A stretch of 63,081 nucleotides of DNA, the filler included, from Ministeria vibrans ATCC 50519 (taxonomy: Eukaryota; Protista; Filasterea): NCBI GenBank assembly GCA_943704425.1. It is 9 parts of 9 records of this genome, joined end to end, with 100 filler letters (N's around TTAATTAATTAA, not from the genome) between each part and the next. Parts side by side here need not be neighbours in the genome. Positions count along the whole stretch, not along the records: positions 50,505 to 59,571 come from CALSCP010002371.1; positions 59,672 to 61,178 come from CALSCP010002186.1; positions 61,279 to 63,081 come from CALSCP010001632.1; 6 more parts are not named here. The stretch is one strand, 5' to 3'. The translations under genes were made by a program, and so were the position numbers. The first letter of the stretch is position 1. Each line of letters starts with the position of its first letter. The notes beneath the pieces are model-generated. The model had not been told where the DNA came from. It ran no database searches and saw nothing but the letters and a program-made list of their open reading frames with translations. Positions 53,501 through 63,081 of the stretch are shown here, piece by piece.

Positions 53501-55151
53501 TGACCATCCGTGAGAAGTCTGTTGGTCCCGACCATCCATCCACAGGCAACACATTGAACAACATGGCTGGTGTGTACGAGGCACAAGGACACTACAGTCG
53601 TGCACTTGAGTACTATGAGCGTGCTCTGTCCATCCGTGAGAAGTCCCTTGGGCTCGACCATCCATCCACAGGCGGCACATTGAACAACATGGGTGATGTG
53701 TTCAAGGCACAAGGACACTACAATCGTGCATTTGAGTACTATGAGCGTGCTCTGACCATCCGTGAGAAGTCTGTTGGTCCCGACCACCCATCCACAGGCG
53801 ACGCATTGAACAACATGGCTGGTGTGTTCCAGGCACAAGGAGACTACAGTCGTGCTGTTGAGTACTATGAGCGTGCTCTGACCATCTATGTGAAGTCTGT
53901 TGGTCCCGACCATCCATCCACAGGCGACGCATTGAACAACATGGCTGGTGTGTTCAAGGCACAAGGACACTACAGTCGTGCACTTGAGTACTATGAGCGT
54001 GCTCTGACCATCCGCGAGAAGTCTGTTGGTCCCGACCACCAATCTACAGGCGACACATTGAACAACATGGCTGGTGTGTTCGAGGCACAAGGAGACTACA
54101 GTCGTGCTCTTGAGTACTATGAGCGTGATCTGACCATCCGTGAGAAGTCTGTTGGTCCCGACCATCCATCCACAGGCGGCACATTGAACAACATGGCTGG
54201 TGTGTTCGAGGCACAAGGACACTACAGTCGTGCACTTGAGTACTATAAGCGTGCTCTGACCATCTGTGAGAAGTCCCTTGGTCTCGACCACCCATCCAGA
54301 GGCGACGCATTGAACAACATGGCTGGTGTGTGCCAGGCACAAGGAGATTACAGTCGTGCACTTGAGTACTATGAGCTTGCTCTGACCATCCGTGAGAAGT
54401 CTGTTGGTCCCGACCTCTCATCCACAGGCGACACATTGAACAACATGGCTGGTGTGTTCAAGGCACAAGGAGATTACAGTCGTGCTCTTGAGTACTATGA
54501 GCGTGCTCTGACTATTTATGAGAACTTGGTTGGTGCTATGGATTCGAGAGTGGCGATTGTGGTAGAAAGTATGGCTTCGCTTTTCTTGGCCCAGCGCCAC
54601 CGCACCAAAACGCGGGTTGGTTACACTGTACGTGAATTTGCCGACCGCCGTGCTTTTTTGCGCTGTCTCGAGCGGCTCTGCCTGGTGTTTCGTCGTCAAG
54701 ATGATTTTCTGTTTGTTCCGATGCTTCTTCCGGACAGCGTGACGTCCTCCGAAACTTCCGTCCGTCATCCCATTGATGTTTTCCTTTTCCAATTTGATCA
54801 AGAAAGCGACGCTGCAATTCCAGTTACACTGACAACTTTTCACGTCATCATGGTGCAGCTTTGGCGCCAGTCCAAATCGGGCTCTCCGAGTTCAGCAACG
54901 CAGCGGAACACGGGTCTGATTGAAATGGAGGGATACGTGCCGTTCCAGATGCGACTCAACCCTAACGAGTCGTTCGTGCGTATTGAGGTGATGGACGACA
55001 GTGACGCTGAGCGAGTGCAACACACTCTAGAGCGAGTTGTTAGTATTGTGTGCGACGACACACAGTCAGCTCCGCAGGGCTGGCGCGGCTATCTCGAGTT
55101 GATTCCCGCCCATCCGTACATCCAAGACGCACCCTTGTATGCGCCTCAGTT
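50505..55151 (+). CDS. Roco-type protein: Roc GTPase, COR-like region, ten TPRs, second COR-C-like block (5'-truncated; runs into an N gap)
   Basis: G1 GATGAGKT, G3 DFAG-E (across intron 51221-51286), YVLVFDL and G4 IIVGTHID; COR-like LFVPMLL; 42-aa TPRs. Confidence 0.85.
53296..54555 (+). repeat. Ten tandem 126-bp TPR-coding repeats of high nucleotide identity
   Basis: Consensus DTLNNMAGVFxAQGxYSRALEYYERALTIREKSVGPDHPSTG repeated ten times. Confidence 0.95.
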
Positions 55152-55576
55152 NNNNNNNNNNNNNNNNNNNNNNNNNNNNNNNNNNNNNNNNNNNNNNNNN
55201 NNNNNNNNNNNNNNNNNNNNNNNNNNNNNNNNNNNNNNNNNNNNNNNNNNNNNNNNNNNNNNNNNNNNNNNNNNNNNNNNNNNNNNNNNNNNNNNNNNNN
55301 NNNNNNNNNNNNNNNNNNNNNNNNNNNNNNNNNNNNNNNNNNNNNNNNNNNNNNNNNNNNNNNNNNNNNNNNNNNNNNNNNNNNNNNNNNNNNNNNNNNN
55401 NNNNNNNNNNNNNNNNNNNNNNNNNNNNNNNNNNNNNNNNNNNNNNNNNNNNNNNNNNNNNNNNNNNNNNNNNNNNNNNNNNNNNNNNNNNNNNNNNNNN
55501 NNNNNNNNNNNNNNNNNNNNNNNNNNNNNNNNNNNNNNNNNNNNNNNNNNNNNNNNNNNNNNNNNNNNNNNNNNNC

Positions 55577-56179
55577 CGTGATGCATTGTTTGAAATTGCA
55601 GAGGTGTTTGGTTTGGCGGTGGACAAGAATGTGCTGCTGATTGTGCACTTGATTGGGCACGGTGTCGCAGGACAGCCCGGTGGTCTGGTGCTCAGCGACG
55701 CCTGTCTTCCACCAGGCAGCGACCGTGTGTCGTGCTTCAATCTGAGCACCCTCCGGGGCATTTTGGAGGGCCAACTGGGCTGGCGCGGCTGCAACTTTTG
55801 CGTGATTGGGGATTTCTGCAACTCTGGCTCGCTGGTGGAGGTGGACTTGGGGGAAGACATGCTACCCATTGCTCGTGTAGGGTACGCGCGCCAGATGCTT
55901 GCGAGCGCACTGGAGCACGCCAATGCCTACATGACGGATGATGCGAGTCAGACTCGTCTGACAGAGTTGCTCACGCGCGCTCTTGGCCCTACTTTGGAAG
56001 TGTTTCGCCCGACTGAGCAGTCACTGACTCTTCGCGAACTGCGCCGGCGTCTCTCTGAACTCGGCGACATGTTTTCCGCACGGAAGGTGGGACGCATCTG
56101 GCTTGAATGGGGCGGCACGGCCAACACGGGGGACATTGTGTTTTATCGCGAAGGCAACGGTGTTGGTCAGCACATTTAA
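55577..56179 (+). CDS. Caspase/metacaspase-like (clan CD) protease domain, probably the C-terminus of the Roco gene
   Basis: LLIVHLIGHG (His codon 55658-55660) and CVIGDFCNSG (Cys codon 55817-55819) match the clan CD catalytic dyad context. Confidence 0.7.
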   Translation, partial: RDALFEIAEVFGLAVDKNVLLIVHLIGHGVAGQPGGLVLSDACLPPGSDRVSCFNLSTLRGILEGQLGWRGCNFCVIGDFCNSGSLVEVDLGEDMLPIARVGYARQMLASALEHANAYMTDDASQTRLTELLTRALGPTLEVFRPTEQSLTLRELRRRLSELGDMFSARKVGRIWLEWGGTANTGDIVFYREGNGVGQHI

Positions 56180-56290
56180 TACTGATAAACATAATTATTA
56201 TTATTATTGTTATTTAAAAGTGCTCAAAATTTGTAATGCTATGAGATTGTACATTGATTGATTTGGGAGAGTGTGGACTGACATCTGTGA

Positions 56291-56908
56291 CTACGGACAC
56301 GTACCCCACACGGGACGCGGAAGAGACCACGCAGTTGCACCATTGTCATAGTCAACGGGAGCGATTGTGAGAAGGGGAACACACCACTGACTCAGACTAT
56401 GATATGAATGGTTAGGTGTGATTGGAAATTTTCGAGTGACTTACTCTTTGTTGAACGATGATGAAAGTCGAAACATAAAGTCCATATCACTCACACTCTA
56501 CAAACCAAATAATTAGTTGATTACATGGAAGTGCTGTGAGAAAAAACAAACGCACTGAAGTGTCAAAGGACAAAAGTTGATTGAACGAGACGGCAGAATC
56601 AAACATGAACCTCATTGAATTCACATTCTATGTGGCAATGTGACGGGAGAAAGAAAGTGAGTGAGTGTATATGTGAGATCGACGAGAGAGTAATTAAACT
56701 CGCTTTGGTGTCAAATTGGATTGGTTGATTGAATTGAGTGGCCAATTCAAATGTGGAACTCATGTCAGTGACACCCTAAAAGGAAAAAGGTTACAAACTC
56801 AATGAACACAAAGGCGCGAGAGATTAGAAAACGCACTGAGGTGTTCAGGAGAACTTTCTGATTGAATGCAGAAGCAGACTGAAACATTCCAGGGATGGTC
56901 AGCAGATT
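56291..56908 (-). CDS. DUF285/BspA-type repeat protein, 3' exons (no start found; possibly a relic)
   Basis: Exons 56837-56908, 56704-56775, 56556-56627 (72 nt each), 56445-56497 and 56291-56396 splice to xMxxMFxxAxxFNQxxxFDTS repeats ending DLSQWCV...WSLPRPVWGTCP*. Confidence 0.8.
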
Positions 56909-57558
56909 CTAAATGAAATGAAACTTTGAGTGAGAGGGAGAAAAAGTGGCAGTGAGAGTGAGGTGAGTGAAGAGTGAAAATAAATGAGAGTGAGTGTGAG
57001 AGAAAGTAAAACTATATGAAGAGAACGAGCATTAAAATGAGTTGAAACAGTGTGTAAGGAGAAATCTGAGCGACTGAGAGCAAGTGAGAGCAAAAGAAAT
57101 GAGCAAAAAGTGAGTAAAACGAGGACAGAAACAAAACAAATATCACTCACAAACGAAACAATTAGTTTCCTAGAAAGAAATCTGAAGTGTCAAAAGACCA
57201 AAGTTGATTGAATGAGACGGCAGAATCAAACATGAGCCTCATTGAATTTTTATTGAATAATTGAAGAATACAACCCATTATTTTATTAATGATCAGTCTA
57301 TTGAATAATATTATTAAAGAAGAAGAAAGAGAACCATTTCCAATTGTCGTCGTTTCGTTTGTGATTGATAATAAATTGGAAATGCTTCTTCTTCTTCTTC
57401 AATTTATTATTATCAACCCCAAACCAAAGCGACAACACGAACAGCTTGAATGTAATCGTAAACAAAAAAAAATGAATAATTCTTTCTTCCAGCAGTAAGG
57501 TTTATTATTATTATTGTTATTATTACTGTTCATTGACATTTTTTTCTTGACCAACACG

Positions 57559-59265
<1,707 letters not shown>

Positions 59266-59480
59266 CTGATTGTGTAACATGTATGGGATTACAAATTATT
59301 GCGTCGCGGTTGATTGATCATTCATTGACATGATTGTAGTCATGATCAAAATGCGTTTGCAGCTGATTGCATTTGGTACGTTGGATTGCATTGTAGAATT
59401 GATTGATTGAAATAATTATTGTTTTTTGATGCCTTTGATCAATTGGCAGATATGGAATGAATCACGAATCAACATAATAA

Positions 59481-59571
<91 letters not shown>

Positions 59572-61732
59572 NNNNNNNNNNNNNNNNNNNNNNNNNNNNN
59601 NNNNNNNNNNNNNNNTTAATTAATTAANNNNNNNNNNNNNNNNNNNNNNNNNNNNNNNNNNNNNNNNNNNNCGACACGCGATGATGTCTTTGGCGGGTAC
59701 AGTTCGCTGGAGGAAGATGCCCATGGGAGGGCACGGGAGCGTGAGATGGCGGTGTGAAGGATGCCGATGCGACGAGTGAAGCGGCGGGCTCAATGGGCAA
59801 CTGACGAATGATGGCTGTGAAAGGGGGACGGGAGCCGTAGCGGACGTTTAGTCGAATTGAGTGATCAGCACAGCTGCGGTCTTCTTGGGCGGGTATAGGA
59901 GGCGACCGACACACCAAGTAGACTCTCGTTTAGACCATGAAGCGTGACCGCATACGATGCAACAGGAGCTCAAAGTCTAGAAGGCACGCTGGCGAAGACG
60001 GAATTCAAGCTCGGCAGGCGTGAGGAGGCCGCTCGCTGTTGTGGAGGCAAGGGCCTCGCCTGGCTCGAGGCGAAGGAGGACGGCGTCATCCTGAGCGACA
60101 TTGTCTGCACACGCGTCAACTCCAATGCATGGTGCTATTGTGCAGGCCATTACTGTGCTCTAGCCACTGAGCAACAACATTGAAGCAAGGAGCAAAATAC
60201 TAAATAGTTTGCGTCGATCGGCGTCGTCAACGAGGTAGTGGTCAATGACGCGCCCTGTTCGAATTCAGTGGCGAAACCGGAAGCAACGGGGGCATCACAA
60301 GCACCGGCGGGAGGGACAAATTCAGCTGTGACAGAGGCGTTGGCACTTTGAGCAGCGCTGGAGGAGAGATGGGCAAGCATGCGCGGCCGTGGCGTACTAG
60401 CATATTCCACGCGCGATAACAAAACTTTGGAATTTTCTTCTATATTAAACGATCAACTCCCAACAAAAATAAACTGCCCATCCAGATAACGATAAATCAC
60501 ACGTCACGCACCAGCCAACTCCACCCCTCTCCAACTCCCGACTCCCTTTGCGTACGTGCGCCCCAGACTGTCTGTCGTGGCGGATTCTCGTTTAAAAAAA
60601 AAAACAAAAAAACAAAAAGAGATGTAGAAAAATAAGGTGTTTTGATTTTTACAAGGGAGGGAAATACATAGGGAAGGAAGGCGGGGATCTATGCGAAGTA
60701 CTGCGCAGTGGACACAGTCGGGCTGGGCGTGACGCCCATGAGGGGAGGACGAAGCAAATGGACGGGAGGGAAAGAGGGAAAGTGGGAGACAATCTCAAAG
60801 GGGTAAGTTCCAGGAAAGGCAACGGGCTGGACGGGAAAGACCAGCATGTCCATGGTGGTGGGGCAGGAGGTGCGCGGAGGCATCGCCAGCACGGGGGAGT
60901 CGCTGACGACCGAGGAGTCGGCGGACGACGACGACGGCGACGTCGTGTCGTGCATCCGAAGGTCCAGCTCCTTCACGAGGCCCGCACGCAGACGGCGCGT
61001 GCCCCGCGATGACTGTCTTTTGATGGGGATGTGGTCGCGGCACTCGCCTAACGCATCGCCCCGTCGTCGGCACGGCATGCTAGCAGCCGGAGAGAGAAAC
61101 ACGTTGATGTGGTCAGTCGGTGGGAAAAAGAAGCGAGCGTGAGAAAAAAAAAAACGATAAAAAAAAAAAAAAGAGAGANNNNNNNNNNNNNNNNNNNNNN
61201 NNNNNNNNNNNNNNNNNNNNNNTTAATTAATTAANNNNNNNNNNNNNNNNNNNNNNNNNNNNNNNNNNNNNNNNNNNNCCCCCCCCCATGCAACCACTAA
61301 CCTCTCTAACAGCAGCGTCTCGAGGCGCAAAGCAGCAGTCAGTCCGTCACACAGCGACGTCCTTGGAACAATCAGAAGATCGGGTGTGCACCACTATGTG
61401 CCACCCCCTCGCCCCAAAAGGTGCTGGAGCTTGCTCCTCCCACCTAGTGCCGGCCCTTGTGTTGGCAGAGCCTTATCTCTCTCAGGATAATTATGGTGTA
61501 TCTGGTACCTATCGCGTTACTTGTCTGGCCAACAGCCAACCTGTCTCTGTTTCCTCTCGACGCTTCTGTAGCTTAGAAAGTGGTTCTGAGCTGTTTGTGT
61601 TGTCGCTTTTTGTTTGTGATTGATATTAAATTGTAAATGTCTTCTTCTTCTTCTCAATTAAAACTTTTTGTATTAAATTCATTGTGATGTTATTCGTAAA
61701 TGTAGCGGTCTTTTCTTGAATCTTCCTTGACT

Positions 61733-62782
61733 CTATAGGATGGAGCAGTGGGAGTCACGACGATAACCGTAGGCCTCCGTGGCGTACACGTACTGTCGCA
61801 CAGGAATATACTCCAGTGCTGGGCGTTGGCGTGCCATCTCCAGCTCTGCCTCTTTGAGCTGCAGCTCTTGTTGATACTTGCTTTCCAGTTGTGCGACTGC
61901 CTCATCATATTGGCGTTTCAGCTCTGCCTTTTGCTTCTCGAGCGTCTGAGCCTCGTTTTCGCGCGCTTGTTGAAGACGGTTGATCGAATCCTCCTTCAGG
62001 GAATGGCTCAACGTGGCCTCCTCCTCCGCGACGCGCCTCATCATTTCATTAAACCGTAGCTCACAGGCCTCCTTGCTCTGTTCCACCTCTTGTCGTACTT
62101 TCGAAAGCAATTGTTGCGTCGAATCCCTCAGCTCCTCGTAGGACTCCGTATTGATGGGCGACACCTGCTCAGGTCGGATGGTGGCGAAAGGGATGTCTTC
62201 AAGGAAGGAACTCAGCTTCGAGAGGGTATCGGTTCTTGGGCAAACGACGTCTTGAGACTGCCCTGCAAGTGTAGGGTTCAGTGCCATCGGGTGGAAATAG
62301 GGAGTGACGGTGGGGGCCGACGTCATAAATTGCACTGCCAGCATCTGACGAATCTCCGCACCAGATTTGTCTGCACTGACAAGCTGGGCGTACGTTGTTG
62401 CATCCAGCTTGTTGATGATGATCGCAAAAGGTACTTTAACCTCGGGGGCGAGAGAACCAAGGACAAGGTTAATAGTCGCGACGTCGTCAGGGCGAACACG
62501 ACCCGCTTCAATGGTGACCACAAACACGAGGCGGTATCGTCCTGATAGCTTCAGGCATTTCTCAATTTCTGCTGCGGCGGTATTTCGCAACAAGACGTCG
62601 GAGAGGCCCGGCGTATCTGCGACCCAGTTGTTCTCGGAGACCTCGTGTAGCTGAAGTTGCTGGGTCAATCCGGCACCAAACGAGATGCCGCTTTGGAAGA
62701 TTGCGCCACCCGTCAAAAAGTTGAGAAGGGTACTTTTTCCGGTGCCAGGATTACCCAAGAAGACAGTATAGTGGCTGGACAT
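61733..62782 (-). CDS. AIG1/GIMAP-like P-loop GTPase with coiled-coil tail and CaaX box, intronless
   Basis: GNPGTGKS, DTPG and IIINK motifs; coiled coil; C-terminal CSIL*. Confidence 0.85.
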   Translation of the reverse strand: MSSHYTVFLGNPGTGKSTLLNFLTGGAIFQSGISFGAGLTQQLQLHEVSENNWVADTPGLSDVLLRNTAAAEIEKCLKLSGRYRLVFVVTIEAGRVRPDDVATINLVLGSLAPEVKVPFAIIINKLDATTYAQLVSADKSGAEIRQMLAVQFMTSAPTVTPYFHPMALNPTLAGQSQDVVCPRTDTLSKLSSFLEDIPFATIRPEQVSPINTESYEELRDSTQQLLSKVRQEVEQSKEACELRFNEMMRRVAEEEATLSHSLKEDSINRLQQARENEAQTLEKQKAELKRQYDEAVAQLESKYQQELQLKEAELEMARQRPALEYIPVRQYVYATEAYGYRRDSHCSIL

Positions 62783-62937
62783 GCCAGGCGAAAAAAGAAG
62801 AGGGAGAGAGACGGATGGGGGTGATGGATGGACGGAGTCGGTGGAAAAGAAGGAGAAGTCTTGTTGACTCTCGACGCGGGAGATAGGCGACTATTGACTT
62901 TTGAGTTCGAACAAAACGTACTTTGGAGACGGGATGC

Positions 62938-62974
62938 TTAGGGTTGTTGGGGTTAGGGTTAGGGTTAGGGTTAG
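62938..62974 (+). repeat. Short interstitial TTAGGG array
   Basis: ttaggg ttgttgggg (ttaggg)3 ttag. Confidence 0.7.
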
Positions 62975-63081
62975 ACCACGTGGGGAACGGCTACTAGCGC
63001 ACCGGATGGCACCAGAATGGGCAGGACTTCCGTCAGAATGTGCTGTGATCCGGCTTGAACGTGGAAGAAACAATGACGCGC

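Noticed and set aside
53296-54555. Regular DNA repeats (also 19800-21450) as a CRISPR-like array
   Set aside because: Unit lengths are multiples of three, in frame, encode TPR or ankyrin repeats, and have no unique spacers or cas genes.
59672-61178. GC-rich ORF fragments on the short contig
   Set aside because: No recognisable motif or coherent splice model could be built; left unannotated.

Overview
Eukaryotic, intron-rich genomic DNA, not a prokaryotic locus. The window is nine contigs/scaffolds joined by an artificial N44-TTAATTAATTAA-N44 linker, so neighbourhood across linkers is meaningless. CEP83, IFT52, an SH2 adaptor, RalBP1- and ARHGAP19-like GAPs, DH-domain GEFs, an ArgRS with an N-terminal leucine zipper, and TTAGGG repeats suggest a flagellated unicellular opisthokont, probably a holozoan (inference). 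Most genes are housekeeping (PTH2, CHD1L, RARS1, ORMDL, PEMT, VPS41, lipase, SLC25A1, RBMX2, WDR5, TTL-like). The most unusual items are: (1) two tandem tRNA-His(GUG) genes, each with two introns in archaeal-type bulge-helix-bulge motifs, one at the non-canonical D-arm position 23/24; (2) a Roc-COR GTPase with ten near-identical TPRs and a downstream caspase-like domain, an NLR-like immune/death architecture; (3) a 6,005-bp contig with a 109-bp terminal direct repeat whose circularisation rebuilds a DUF302 gene; (4) bacterial-type DUF285/BspA and WD40 genes built one repeat per exon; (5) a conserved ~25-nt motif dispersed in microsatellite-rich introns. All gene names come from recognising motifs by eye; no database searches were run.
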